A stretch of DNA of 63,720 nt, filler included, from Octopus bimaculoides (taxonomy: Eukaryota): the NCBI RefSeq assembly GCF_001194135.2. It is 6 parts of 6 records of this genome, joined end to end, with 100 filler letters (N's around TTAATTAATTAA, not from the genome) between each part and the next. Parts side by side here need not be neighbours in the genome. Positions count along the whole stretch, not along the records: positions 1 to 17,776 come from NC_068984.1; positions 17,877 to 42,246 come from NC_068988.1; 4 more parts are not named here. One strand, 5' to 3'. The position numbers were made by a program, and so were the translations under genes. This document shows positions 11,816 to 25,310 of this stretch, piece by piece. Position 1 is the first letter of the stretch; every line of letters begins with the position of its first letter. The notes beneath the pieces are model-generated. The model worked only from the letters and a program-made list of their open reading frames with translations, ran no database searches and was not told the origin of the DNA.

Positions 11816-11936
<121 letters not shown>

Positions 11937-13229
11937 TAGTACTGAAAGAAATAGAAAGAATGTGATTTAGAAGCAGAGTGATAGAGTGATAAAAAAATGT
12001 CATTGCGTCAGTATACGAGGCTGCTTGTCTCTGTGCATGGCCGCTTGTATGTGTATGTGTTCTTGTTTAGAACGAACTGATCTGATTCCAGGTTTGAAAT
12101 TCCGACAGAAAACATGTGGTGGTTGGGTCATGTAATATTTGATTTTGACGACTACACTGAAGCATAGGACTACAGAAATATCATAAAAGTAAAAGATATT
12201 CAAGAAAAAAAAGGGAAAAAAGTACAGAACAGTACAACTGCAGTGTGAATGTCAGCATGGACTAGACAACTGTGGGACTGGTTGACTAGCTGCAGACGAA
12301 ATACGATCAAATAAATAGCGAGATAAAGAGATAACCGTATAAAACTAGAATAGATCTGGCGATTAATCTGAAAACATGCGGTCAAAGCGGTTGAGTGAAT
12401 AATCAGTAAGATGATGGGAGGCATGAAATTTTGAAGTAACTGATTAGCAAAGACGTATGAGAAGTGTAATGGCCCTGTTGTTGGTATGTTCATGACGCTA
12501 ACTTGACCTGTACAGCACATATGCTTCGTTTTCCAAATCTATAAATGGGATTGCGTACATATATGAATATATACAAGTATGTGTGTATGGGTAAATACAC
12601 ACACACACACACACACACGTACACACGAACACACACACACACATGCATACGCGCACACATATATGCATGCATGTTTGTATCTATATACGTGAGTAACATG
12701 TGTGTTTGGATGCATGTGTTGGCATGTCTCCAAATATGTGTGTATACACGTGCATATGTATTTATATGTATATATACATATGCATATGTATACACATACA
12801 CACACACACATGTATATGTGTGCATTTTTATGTAGGCATCTATGTAGTCTGCGATAGAATTTCAAGTGTTACGACTTATAAAAGTACTCAATACAGATGA
12901 TCATAGAGTATATCTTTCTAATAATCAATACCTTACAACTTTACAAATGTTTCACTACATCAATTTCTCCAAATGATGAAATATAAATGTAGACTACAAC
13001 TTGTAGATATTTTAGTAGTATAAATAAAAGTAAAAAATATCAGTAATCATTTCAAACTTTAGCACAAGACCAATAATTTTATGGAGGGAATGCTACTCTC
13101 AAACCCAACACTGGACATATATTTTGTTTTATCGAATCCTTTAATAAAATATTAAGTTGACACTGATGGGAACAAAAGATGAGGAGAAATAAAGGGAAAA
13201 GACAGTGAAATAGGATTAGAAGTATACAT

Positions 13230-13406
13230 AGGACCAGGTGTAGCTGTGTGTTAAGAAGCTTGTTTCCCAACCACATGGCTCCAGGTTCAGTTCCACTGCA
13301 TGGCATCTTGATGTAGCGTCTTCTACTAAAATCTCGGGCTGACCAAAGCCTTGTGAGTGGACTTAAAAGGGGATAATTGAAAGAAGCCCGTCGTATGAAT
13401 ATATAT

Positions 13407-13469
<63 letters not shown>

Positions 13470-14270
13470 NNNNNNNNNNNNNNNNNNNNNNNNNNNNNNN
13501 NNNNNNNNNNNNNNNNNNNNNNNNNNNNNNNNNNNNNNNNNNNNNNNNNNNNNNNNNNNNNNNNNNNNNNNNNNNNNNNNNNNNNNNNNNNNNNNNNNNN
13601 NNNNNNNNNNNNNNNNNNNNNNNNNNNNNNNNNNNNNNNNNNNNNNNNNNNNNNNNNNNNNNNNNNNNNNNNNNNNNNNNNNNNNNNNNNNNNNNNNNNN
13701 NNNNNNNNNNNNNNNNNNNNNNNNNNNNNNNNNNNNNNNNNNNNNNNNNNNNNNNNNNNNNNNNNNNNNNNNNNNNNNNNNNNNNNNNNNNNNNNNNNNN
13801 NNNNNNNNNNNNNNNNNNNNNNNNNNNNNNNNNNNNNNNNNNNNNNNNNNNNNNNNNNNNNNNNNNNNNNNNNNNNNNNNNNNNNNNNNNNNNNNNNNNN
13901 NNNNNNNNNNNNNNNNNNNNNNNNNNNNNNNNNNNNNNNNNNNNNNNNNNNNNNNNNTGTGTGTGTGTGTGTGTTTGTCCCCCCCCCAACATCGCTTGAC
14001 AACCGATGCTGGTGTGTTTACGTCCCCCGTAACCTAGCGGTTCGGCAAAAGGGACCGATAGAATAAGTACTAGGCTTACAAAGAATAAGTCCTGGGGGTC
14101 GATTTGCTCGACTAAAAGCGGTGCTCCAGCATGGCCACAGTCAAATGATTGAAACAAGTAAAAGAGTAAAAGAGTACTGGGGTTGATTCATTCGACAAAA
14201 GATTCTTCAAGACGGTGCCCCAGCATGACCGCAGTCTAATGACTGAAACAAGTACAAGATAAAAGAAAAT
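13230..14270 (+). mobile_element. SINE family S2 spanning a gap, with duplicated 3' tail
   Basis: Head at 13230-13400, N-gap, 3' half at 13958-14175 ending gagtaaaagagt; a second ggggttgattcattcgac..ccagcatgaccgcagtctaatgactgaaac follows. Confidence 0.8.
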
Positions 14271-14833
14271 ATAGAAGATATTATACAGAGTACGTAATCA
14301 CATGAATGATGCAGTCCTTCTGATAATCACCAATGTACACTTTCCTACAAAAGACGTCGTAAACTGAACACATTACGACCAATATGTTACCAGCCTAATA
14401 CAGGAACTCACGCTGCCTCTTCCACCTCCATGACACCTCCCACGTTGCTAATAAACTTCCCTCCCCCCAATCCACCAATTCCTTCTTTATTATATCTCCT
14501 ATTCTTCCCCCACTATTCCTCTTTATCTCTTTCTTCATCTCTTCTGCTAAAAGCGGGCTCAGCTTCCACAGTCTACAAAGTGTCAGCTGCCTAGTGTCTT
14601 TGTCGTCCGAGCAGAAAATCAAATGAAGTCACATAAGCTCTCCGTTCCGGGCGATATGCAAGAGGGTCTTTATAATCACAAGTTCAACCACTATCACGTT
14701 CTCTTCATTGGCATCGGACGGTCTCTGCTATGCTGCCGTTTCTTTCTTCTTTAACTCTCTCGCTCTTTCTTTTTACCCATCCCCCTTTTTTTGGTGTACG
14801 TATGTACGTACATGAACATACATACACATTTGC

Positions 14834-14872
<39 letters not shown>

Positions 14873-14918
14873 ACATACATGCATATATATATATACATCT
14901 TCTAATATATATATTCAT

Positions 14919-14949
<31 letters not shown>

Positions 14950-15170
14950 GACACATGCACATACGTTCATCCACACATACATGCATGCATGCATGCATAC
15001 ATGCATATATACATATACACACCTACATGCATATGTATAAACATATGTATATATATATATATATATGTGCAGANNNNNNNNNNNNNNNNNNNNNNNNNNN
15101 NNNNNNNNNNNNNNNNNNNNNNNNNTATATATACATATATATACATACATATATGTGTGTGTGTGTGCGT

Positions 15171-15205
<35 letters not shown>

Positions 15206-15253
15206 CAACATACATGCATATATATATATACATCTTCTAATATATATATTCAT

Positions 15254-15284
<31 letters not shown>

Positions 15285-16019
15285 GACACATGCACATACG
15301 TTCATCCACACATACATGCATGCATGCATGCATACATGCATATATACATATACACACCTACATGCATATGTATAAACATATGTATATATATATATATATA
15401 TGTGCAGAAAATAACATAGCATCACTGATACTTACTTCCTCTTAATACAAATATATCCACACCATATATGGTCATTTCATTAGCCGGAAGTTCGAGAGAT
15501 GTGTGTCCATGTATTGTATATGCATGTGTATATATGTGAATGTTTGCGGACATATGTGTGTGTATGTAGGTTTGCGAATGTGTATGTGGATGTGTATGAA
15601 TGTGTTTAGTGCCATTTATTGCATAACGTTGTTTCTTTGTAATGTTTTAAAGATGGATGCTTTTACAAATAGGGTAATACCATATCTGATCGGGTAATCA
15701 TAGTAGAAGTAGTGTACAGATTTAACGTTGGGATTATATATTTTTATGTATATATGCGTGTTTGTGTATATGTACACACACACACACACACACTTTTGTG
15801 TATGCTTTTTTTAATGGAGTTTATGTAGCCGTGGGTTGACATTCCTACAAATTCACATATATTCTCGTATGCAATCATGAAAAAGACATAGTTCGTCTTT
15901 TATCCTTTTGGTGTCGGTAAAGTAAATACCTGTCAAGTACTGGGATGAATGTAATCGATCCCACCCCGCTCACACGCACACACCTCAAAGCCTATTGGTC
16001 CTACGTCACATCTAAGAAC

Positions 16020-16135
16020 CATTATGAAAGGTGATGTCGACCGTGGTCGAATATGAATTCAGAACTAAAGACGAACGAAATGTCACGAGGCATTTTGTTC
16101 GGCCTGCTGACGATACTGCTAGTTCACTGCCTTAA
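16020..16135 (-). mobile_element. SINE family S1, 5' part
   Basis: atgaaaggtgatgtcgacc..gaattcagaac..gacgaacgaaat..ctgctgacgatactgctagttcactgcctt. Confidence 0.65.
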
Positions 16136-16667
16136 CAAGGCCTCATCAACTTTTTCAAGTTCCACTTGAAAAGGAAGATGAGAGTAGAGAGGGAAGTGCT
16201 GTCTCATAGCAAATTCGTTGAAAGATGGGTGACTGTTGGAAGAATGGCCAGTATAAACGGACCAATTCTGAGAGTACACTTGTAAAAAAAAAAAAAAGGA
16301 AAAAAAAGGTAATGTAAAAGGAGAAAGGGCTCTATACCCCTTTCTTATTTTTTTCTGACCAGGCTCCCGTGGTTTTATGGGTTTTTCCACGTGTAACCTT
16401 TCCTTTTTCGAAGCGCCTCCCCTTTCGGGGGTTTCTACTTATTTATTTATCTATTTATTTATCTATTTATTCATTATATCTTTCTCCGTTTTCTTCCTCT
16501 GTTTAGACGAACTTTCCTACCTTTTCGGACAAAACCTTTTGTAACCTTCGTCCTGTCTTTGTCCTTATATGTTTTTAATTGATATTAGTCCTTGTGGCCA
16601 ATAAAACGAATTAATTATTATTATTATTATTATTGTTGTTGTTGTTATTATTACTATACCCAACAGT

Positions 16668-17265
16668 AAGGTGGTGAGCTGGCCGGGCGAAATGCTTAGC
16701 AGTATTTCGTCTGTCGTTACGTTCTGAGTTCAAATTCCGCCGAGGTCGACTTTGCTTTTCATCCTTTAGGGGTCGATTAAATAAGTACCAGTTACGCACT
16801 GAGGTCGATGTAATCGACTTAATCCCTTCCCACAAATTTTCAGGCCTTGTGCCTAGAGTGGAAAGAATTGTTATAACCACCAGTAAAGTGGCGAGCTGGC
16901 AGAATCGTTAGCACGCCACGCCAAATGCTTAGCAGCATTTCGTCTGTTTTTACGTTTTGAGTTCAAATTCTGCAGAGGTCAACTTAGCCTTTCATCCTTT
17001 CGAAGTCGATGAAATAAGTACCACTTACACACTGGGGTCAATGTAATCGATTGTCCCGCTTCTCTAAATTTCACTCCTTGTGCCTACAGTAGAAAGGATT
17101 ATTATAACCACAATTAAAGAATCGCTAACGGCATTTCGTCCGTCTTCACATTCTGAGTTCAAATTCCGCCGATGAAATAAGTACCAGTTGATTCCTGGAG
17201 TCGATGTAATGGATTTTCCCCCTCCCCCGAAATTTCTGGCTTCGTGCTAAAATTTGAAACTATTA
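16668..17265 (+). mobile_element. Three head-to-tail S1 SINE copies
   Basis: Copies at about 16668-16868, 16884-17100 and 17115-17262, each with gagttcaaatt(c) and aataagtacca; each is followed by ttataaccac. Confidence 0.85.
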
Positions 17266-17441
17266 TTATAACCACCTTCTCTTCTTCGTCAACTTCATCA
17301 TCATCCTAATTTTGTTTTCAACCGTTTTATATCTGTTTCTATTATGCTTCTAATGCGCTGAGCTCTGTATTGCTGAGATGTGTGCAGTAACAGAATTGAA
17401 GTTCAATCATCTGTGGTACTTGTAGCAGTAGTATAGTAGTT

Positions 17442-17493
<52 letters not shown>

Positions 17494-17776
17494 CAGTAGT
17501 AGTGCGGTGGTGGTAGTGGTGGTGGTGGTTGTCGTCGTCGTCGTAATAATGGTAGTAGTTGCAGCAGCAGCAGTGGCTTTTGGCGATTTCATAGTGTTGT
17601 TAGATGTGATGATTGCAGTTGCTACAATGATAGTAGTAGTAGTAGTAGTAGTAGTAGTAATGACGGTGGTAGTATAATGATGGTGGCATCGGTGATTCCT
17701 GGCACTTATTTTGGTGTGACGATGGCGATAGTTACACTGGGGTGGGTGGGGGAACGGGGGGAGGGATCCTGTAGTT

Positions 17777-17876
17777 NNNNNNNNNNNNNNNNNNNNNNNN
17801 NNNNNNNNNNNNNNNNNNNNTTAATTAATTAANNNNNNNNNNNNNNNNNNNNNNNNNNNNNNNNNNNNNNNNNNNN
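17777..17876. other. Assembly spacer N44-TTAATTAATTAA-N44
   Basis: Exactly 100 bp with a palindromic all-frame stop 12-mer at 17821-17832. Confidence 0.95.
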
Positions 17877-18049
17877 ATATATATACAACGGGCTTCTTTC
17901 AGTTTACGTCAACTAAATCTACTCACAAGGCTTTGGTCGGCCCGAGGCTATAGTATAAGACACTTGCCCAAGGTACCACGCAGTGGGACTGAACCCGGAA
18001 CCATGTGGTTGGTAAGCAAGCTACTTACCACACAGCAACTCCTACGCCT
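17877..18049 (-). mobile_element. SINE family S2, 5' half
   Basis: Near-consensus gggcttctttcagttt..cacttgcccaagg..gtgggactgaacccggaaccatgtggttggtaagcaagctacttacc. Confidence 0.88.
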
Positions 18050-19261
18050 ATTTCAAAAAACAAAAACGAAGAACCGCTGGTAACAATATAATTGGCCGTA
18101 AAATTTCTAGATAATGTCAAACAAGTTTTGCTAAGGTCTCATGACCGGGGCAAAATGAGTTTTGAAAAATGAAATATGTCCAGACTTTTGGGATTCACTG
18201 AGAAGCTATAATAGAATGTTTAGGAATTTTCTTTGTAACATTAAAATTGCTCACTTGCAAGCAGAACTATGCATTGGCACCTAACGTTACTTGTCAGCAA
18301 AAGTTACTTATTTTAGCGATCGCAGAGATTTGGAAATAACAAAAAGAAAAACATAATTATGATAATTTTTCGAAGTTTGTCACACGAAAAGCAATTTTGA
18401 AAGGAGAAATAAAATATATTACATCGACACCAAAGTTCCTAGTTTATTTATGAATCATTATTTTATCAATCACCATGTAAGGAGATAGAACAAACGCCAC
18501 TAACCATTTCGTCAGAAGCAGTAGCCATTCTAACAGCTCACTACCTTAAACATCATGATGATGATGATGAGGAGGAGGAGGAAGGAGGAATGATGAGGAA
18601 GGGAAGAGGAGGGGAGGAGAAGGATAAAACATGCAGCAAGAAAACTTTAAAAACAAGTTAGCAAATATGAATACATGTTGATAAAGTGAGAGTGGTAGAA
18701 GAACGACAAAATTGCATAAGCTCCCACGTAGAAGAAAGACATCGACTTGGAGGTGTATAGCACAAAATGGTGAAACATATTAACGGAACGCGAAACCGTT
18801 CTAGACTGCGATGTGAAATGGTAAAGAAAATTAAATGTGTTGACGTTTTCAGTTCTGATAAATGAAATTTTTTCTCTTATTAGAGGAGCATTGTAATTTT
18901 GGTTCAGTTTATTCAAAGTGCGTAGCAATAACTTTAAGGTGTTGCCTTCGAATTTGTGCCATAAAATGTGACATCTGGAACCTATTATACTCTGTTATGA
19001 ACTCCTATGAGTTTTATAATTTCTGCAATAATATCACACACTGAGTTAGACATATTACTTCACTACAGCTCCTACGGAACCCGTTATAATAAAAGGAAGA
19101 GCAAAGATAGGCTTGTTGCTATCGATGGTAATTGTGATGACAGTTAAATATTTCTTTAAAATATTGTGCGCAGTGATAAGATATTTATAGAATGTTCTTG
19201 CCTTAGTCATTATTTTGTGGCATTTGAACAATGACCACAAATACAAATACAATAGGATAGT

Positions 19262-19460
19262 GAGGTGGCAGAATCGCTAGCAAACCGGGTAAAACGCTTA
19301 GTGGCATTTTGTCCGTCCGTACGTCCTGCCGAGGTCAACTGTGCCTTTCATCATTTCGTGATCGATAAAATAAGTACCATTTGAGTATTGGGGTCGATTT
19401 AATCAACTAGCCCCCTCCCCCAGAAATTGCTGGCCTCCTGCCAAAATCTGAAACGAACAT
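19262..19460 (+). mobile_element. SINE family S1
   Basis: gaggtggcagaatcgctagc..gccgaggtcaactgtgcctttcatc..gataaaataagtacc..ggggtcgattt. Confidence 0.78.
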
Positions 19461-20024
19461 TAAATTATAAAATTTAGGTTATCAGCAAACTAACACCGTT
19501 TGATTTTGATTAAGTGCAGTGGTTTTGCATGTAGGTGTACGTAATGTGACCATGTCAGGTGTATCTATATGAAAAGTGTGACAATGTGCTTTACATTGAT
19601 TATAGCTTATAGAGACAATCATAGGGATATTTACAGCGTGCCTTATTTTATCGCGCACGTTTAGATCCTTGGTAAACTTCTCTTAAATTCACTGTTTTCT
19701 GTTTACAGAATACAGCTGTAGTTATTGTTCTGACACACAATGTTTTGATGAATTGACGCAGAGTTCAATGCGACTAATTTTCTCCGGTTTGTAATGTTCG
19801 GTGATATGGTTTTATAAGCTTTTAGAAATTTATGAGTAAAGCTGAATCCTCCATAACCGAATCTGCAGGTAACCTACATGACGCATTCAGTTAGAGCTTC
19901 GACACTTTACATCATTCACTAATATATTAAACCTTCAGCTGGTGGTATATTAATTTTCACGTAGCTCCTCTAAATACCTCATTTTCTGTTGTGAGGGTTA
20001 TTAATATTTAAATGATTCCGAAGG

Positions 20025-20380
20025 CGACGAACTGGCAGAATCGACACTGCGCTGAGTAAAAAAAATAAGCTTATAGCGGCAGTTCAAATTGCACACATGT
20101 CGACTTTGCTTTTCATCCTTACGGGGTTGATAAAATAAGTATCAATTGAGCATTCGAGTACATGTAATAGACTTACCCACTTTACAGAACCTGCTAGTTT
20201 TGTACCAAAATTTGAAACCAATACTCATTTTATTCATAAGGTGGCAATCTGGTAGAATTTTTAGCACGTTCTGAGTTCAAATTCCACCGAAGTCGACTTT
20301 GCCTTTCATCATTCCGAGGTCAATAAAATAAATGCCAGCTGAGCACTTGGGTCCATGAAATCGACTTTACCTCTTCCGCG
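20025..20380 (+). mobile_element. Two adjacent diverged S1 SINE copies
   Basis: aaggcgacgaactggcagaatc (about 20021) and aaggtggcaatctggtagaa (about 20238), each followed by gtcgactttgc(c/t)tttcatc. Confidence 0.72.
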
Positions 20381-22918
20381 AAAAGGCTTAATGGCTGCCC
20401 ACCCAAACATGCAGCAGATTTTACTGAATTATATGTCACAAGTGGCACTCACAAATGATCAGACATATATGTATGCATACATACCTAGCTACCTACCTAT
20501 ACATGCATATACACATACAAAACACATATAAGTACATACCTACATACAAACATACATACATGATTACATACATATAGTCATTCATAACACATACAGGCAT
20601 CATCCATCCATCCATCCATCCATACATACATACATACAACCAATATTTATATGATTCATAACCATTGTAATTTCGTACTTTTGGTGCTGGTGGTACGTTT
20701 TAATTATTATTTTCTTTTTTAACTTGATGTGGTTGTAAAAAAGAGCTTTTGTATGTTGTTAATATTAGTAACGATGAGTGTGATATGTTGATACAGTTGA
20801 AAGAACACCTAAGAAAATCAATTTTAAATACGACGCTTCAAATTTTTAGTTCACTTCACGCTTTAGTTGAATTCTGCCTTCCATCTTTTCGGAGCTGATT
20901 AAATAAAGTAGAAGATAAGCGATAGGAGCTGATGTATTCTTCTATATACTTAAAACGGCACTTACTAAAAAGGTTTTATATAATATAACTATATGAAACA
21001 TTTTATGTACGATATATTGCACCGGTAACGTAAAAGACAAATGTATTAATATTAGTTTGATAGCTATAACAGTTACTGTCGCAGCATAAGTGTAATACTC
21101 AATTGCGACTGTGACTTCTTACCTATATGATTCTATGGTGTACTTCTCTTTCATTTATGATTCTATGGTGTTGCATTAAGGACTGTTTAGAGTTACATTA
21201 TATAAGCGTACTTGTATATATCAGTGGTAAGTTTACAAGACTATATAACTAAATGTATTTAACAGGGGTAAAGCAGGAACAATGAATAAAGTAACAGACA
21301 ATCAGACGATTGACAGTTGTTGCATATATCAATGACAGTACGTTGTAGTGATAATGATGGTTAAGATCTCTTAAAGAGCAAGACATTATAAAGACGTAAA
21401 TAAGCAACACGATGTAGAATACATGGGCACATGCATGGCTTTGTTGTTGACACGTCCACTTGCTACTGCTTAATTCTACACGTTTCGATCCAGGTGCACA
21501 ACACCGTCAGTTAAGTGTCTTCTGCAAGTGGCTTTGACCACTCGGATCCTGGTGCGTAGAATTTGATACTCTGAAAATATGTGCGAACATATTTGAGATA
21601 CAGTTCTTGTTTTCAGGTGGTACAGTTATTCCGTTATTTGGTTTTAAACCACTAGCTAACCTCTGACTGTTCTTAGTCCACTCTCCAATCATTTGATCTA
21701 AGTTCCTGCTCTGAGGATCACCTTTTTCTTTCTACCTGCTTTTGAGTCACTGAAAAATAATTCTCCTTTGATGAAGCAATTAATTCTACCCAAAAGTAAT
21801 TTTAAAAGTACTAGCTTCAAATCATCAGCAGTATTATAAAACTGACCGTTTTTCTTAGCTTTTCTGTCTTATGTTGTACTGAAATTTTCCTCTGTACATA
21901 GAGAAGACAAGGATGGACCTGCCCTTTCGATTTGCCTAACACTCAAAAGGTATCATTAAAATGGAATCTTTATCTGTGTGCCAGTGTAATAACAAGTAAT
22001 GAGACGTTAAACAAAAACCGTTCATATCCAAAATAGTTTCAAAAAGGAAGGTACAAACAAGATATAAGTACGACGAATATAAACGTAGATTGTTTTAGTA
22101 CTACGACTGAGTAAAACCAATAATGAGAAGTTGAAATTAGTCGTGATGAAGAAATCATAAATAAACTATTTTTGATAGATGCTGTTATGTTGTATTACTA
22201 TCGATAATTTCTTGTCTAGGAAAACTTATCGATGGATTCTCTTTTCTTTACTGTATCAAAGAAAACCAATAAATACTCGCGGGTAAAATGAATATTTAGT
22301 TTCCATACTAAGTTTGATATAATGAGAATATTTTAAAACTTCCTTAAACACTATCAATTAACAGATATGCATTCCCACGAGTAAGAGATTGTGTATTTCA
22401 CATATTGTTAAATATGTTCTCTTCTTAGTGTTGGTTTCTCGCTTGGGAGAGAAAAACTGATGAAGAATATGGATACCAAACTGGACGTTGGATTAATTAT
22501 TCTAAGACTTACTCATCAAATAACTGTTTAAAATGGATTCATGATTAAATGCGAGTAACATTCGCTTAAAACACAATTGATTTGGATTACTTAGGGAAAT
22601 TCATAAAATGAGAATTATAGAAATCTGAATTAATCACACTGTTAGTTTGGAATGTATATGTATGTACGCATGTATATATGCATGTATGTATGCATGTATG
22701 CATGTATGTATGTATGTATGTGTATGAATGTATGTATGCATGCATGTAAGGATTCATGCATGAATGCATGTATGTATGTATACGTATATATATATATATC
22801 TATGTATANNNNNNNNNNNNNNNNNNNNNNNNNNNNNNNNNNNNNNNNNNNNNNNNNNNNNNNNNNNNNNNNNNNNNNNNNNNNNNNNNNNNNNNNNNNN
22901 NNNNNNNNNNNNNNNNNN

Positions 22919-22954
<36 letters not shown>

Positions 22955-23129
22955 TGTATGTGTGTATGTATATACGTCACTAAAGTGACAAAGGGCACTA
23001 TCCAGCACTAGTATTGCTAGAAATAAAAATCAAAATAACTCAATAGCCACAGAAGCATTATCTTAATAACTGACAAGGGAGACAAACTCCCTACCGCTGC
23101 AGATACAACAGTGAATTGACTACAATCGC

Positions 23130-23280
23130 TACCTGCAAGTATAACAGAGCATTGATTACAATCCCAGAATCCCATGAGGTCAATTGCAATAGATCTCCGT
23201 GTGTCAGAAAGAACAGTTAGAAATGTTGTCCACGAAGACATCAGATATAAGTCCTTATATGATGAGGAAAGCTCAATTTG
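23130..23280 (+). mobile_element. Tc1/mariner superfamily (maT/DD37D-like) transposase remnant
   Basis: Translation QV*QSIDYNPRIP/MRSIAIDLRVSERTVRNVVHEDIRYKS/YMMRKAQF matches the HTH region NP..SMR..A..L.VS..TVR..VHED..YKSY. Confidence 0.7.
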
Positions 23281-23616
23281 TCACCCAAACATGCAGCAGA
23301 TTTTACTGAATTATATGTGACAAGTGGCACTCACAAATGACCAGACATATATGTATGCATACATACCTAACTACCTACCTATAAAGATACATACATGCAC
23401 GTATACATACATACATACATGCAAAACACATATACGTAAGTACATACATACATATATATATATATACATACACACAAACGTACATACCTACATACAAACA
23501 TACATACATGATTACATACATATAGTCATTCATAACACATACAGACATCACCCATCCTTCCATCCATCCATCCATACATACATACATACATACATACATA
23601 CATACATACAAACATA

Positions 23617-24620
23617 AAGAGGCTGATAACATCATAAGACTTAGAAAGCAGCTCCTTGGGCAGCACTCCTAATCTGACACTCTTAAATACATGCCCCATG
23701 AAGTCACACGGCTCTACCGCAACGTATCATCAGATGAAAGGATGAGCATATATGAACAAAACACCATGCATATGTATGTTATTACAAAACTCCGAGATGA
23801 TAGATACATTGATCATCAAAGCAGTCTATCATGGATCAATTACCGCATTACTACTTCCCACTTGGAAGGGTATGCGTTTGCAAACTAGAAACAGGAGACA
23901 TCAAGCAAATACCTAATGCACAAAAGGGATAGAGATGCAGGAAAAGCAGTAAAATGTGACAATTGATGCAGACTTCGTGGATTTAACACCGAAGATATCA
24001 CCTACATCATAATCAGTTGTCTGAAAATGTCATTACAGTATAATTTACTGATGAAACATGATGTTGTAGCTAGGGCACTCTATAATGAAATCCGTGAGAA
24101 GGATAACTCCGAGGACAAAGAAATAAGAACCCACTGTATGGTAGAAGTTATAGCCACTCATAATAAAAAAGGAGTAGTGGTGGAATGTCCCAGTGAAGAC
24201 ATCAATAAAGTGTAAGAACAACAGACCCAATATAATGATTTGGGATTGAGAAGAGAAACTATGTACATTGTGGAACTTAACATAAAGCTGAAGATCAGTG
24301 AAAAACAGAACACCTATGCTGAACTATTAAGAAACCTACAGTTACTCTAACCAGATTACAAGTTCAAGTTTATACCTGTAATTATTGGGACCCTGGGATA
24401 TATAAAACAGTGCCTAAATACCAATCTTGAGAAATTAGGCTCCTTAAAACCAGGAAGGTGAAAGCTGATTCGAAAGCTACAGATCTAATGCATCACTGGA
24501 ACTGTAAAAATCTGTAATAATTTCCAGAAGTTTATCATTTAAATATATATGGGCATGTCTAGATATGCAAGTAAATGCATAAGATATTCCTAAAACAAAA
24601 CATAGAAATTTGCACATGTA
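23617..24620 (+). mobile_element. Decayed REL-endonuclease LINE of a second family (element D)
   Basis: Fragments SHLEGYAFAN*KQE, CDN*CRL....EDITYIIISC (zinc knuckle), KHDVVARALYNEI (RHD motif), WWNVPVKTSIKCKNNRP.IMIWD, FIPVIIGTLG and LQI*CITGTVKIC; (CATA/TACA)n on both flanks. Confidence 0.82.
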
Positions 24621-24669
24621 TATACATACATAAATACATACATACATACATACATACAAAAGTTGTTGT

Positions 24670-25310
24670 TGATGTTGAAATTCCAATGAGGGTGCCTAGA
24701 CCATCATTCAAACACTTCAGAATGAGTTTCATGTGTGAGCAGCACGGGTGTGATTTTCCAGGCGGGCAATAGACCAATGTTTTCTGGCACAAATGTTACA
24801 CACATGATTGCCCCAAAGAACAAGAGTCACTTCTTGCTCATTATGCACTTTCATGTTTCGTATCAAGTTGTGTATGGTGTAATCCAAACCAATTCTCTGT
24901 ATTTTGCTTCTATTATGACTTTTCAGTCTCGCTCTGCTGAAGCATGATCACCCCCACACATCGCATACCTGCTCCCTTTCATCACCAACATTTCCTCGAA
25001 GTGCCATATGAACACCCTTTTTATAATCTCTTTTAAACTTCTGATTTTTACGAGCTATTTTGAAGTTGTTACTTCCGTCATATATTATTTTTTGCCATCA
25101 GTCCCAATGAGTAGCAGTTTCTTCCCAGTCCTTTTGCGAGATGCAAGCCTTCTTCGAAGATATTTCTATGCAGTCTTTGAAGCTTAACTTATGGTTATGA
25201 GGTGGACGTTTCCCATTCTTCAGCTCACCATACTGGAATTATTTCCGAGTCCTGCAGTCTAACATTCTCACTAGTGTCCTACCCACTGGAGTCAGGGCTG
25301 CAAAATATTT
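24670..25310 (-). mobile_element. RTE (BovB-like) LINE 3' remnant
   Basis: Minus-strand translation includes FQYGELKNGKRPPHNHKLSFKDCI...KKACISQKDWEETATHWD*W, resembling the RTE C-terminal LLYGEL..GKR....PKLR(Y/F)KD motif. Confidence 0.68.

Noticed and set aside
14770-15407. About 290-bp direct repeat on either side of the 15074-15125 gap
   Set aside because: The copies are essentially identical and abut a gap, typical of an unmerged contig overlap rather than a real duplication.
16668-17265. Regularly spaced repeats superficially like a CRISPR array
   Set aside because: Eukaryotic context; the units are about 200-bp SINEs, not short repeats with unique spacers, and no cas genes are present.
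19709-19868. Plus-strand exon-like segment (ttttctgtttacag ... GCAG|GTAACC)
   Set aside because: Stops occur in all three frames and no partner exons were seen; it could be a non-coding exon but there is no evidence.
21507-21749. Minus-strand 75-codon open frame and nearby acceptor-like ttattttcag
   Set aside because: No recognisable homology, and the acceptor is not in frame with the long ORF; it cannot be supported as an exon.
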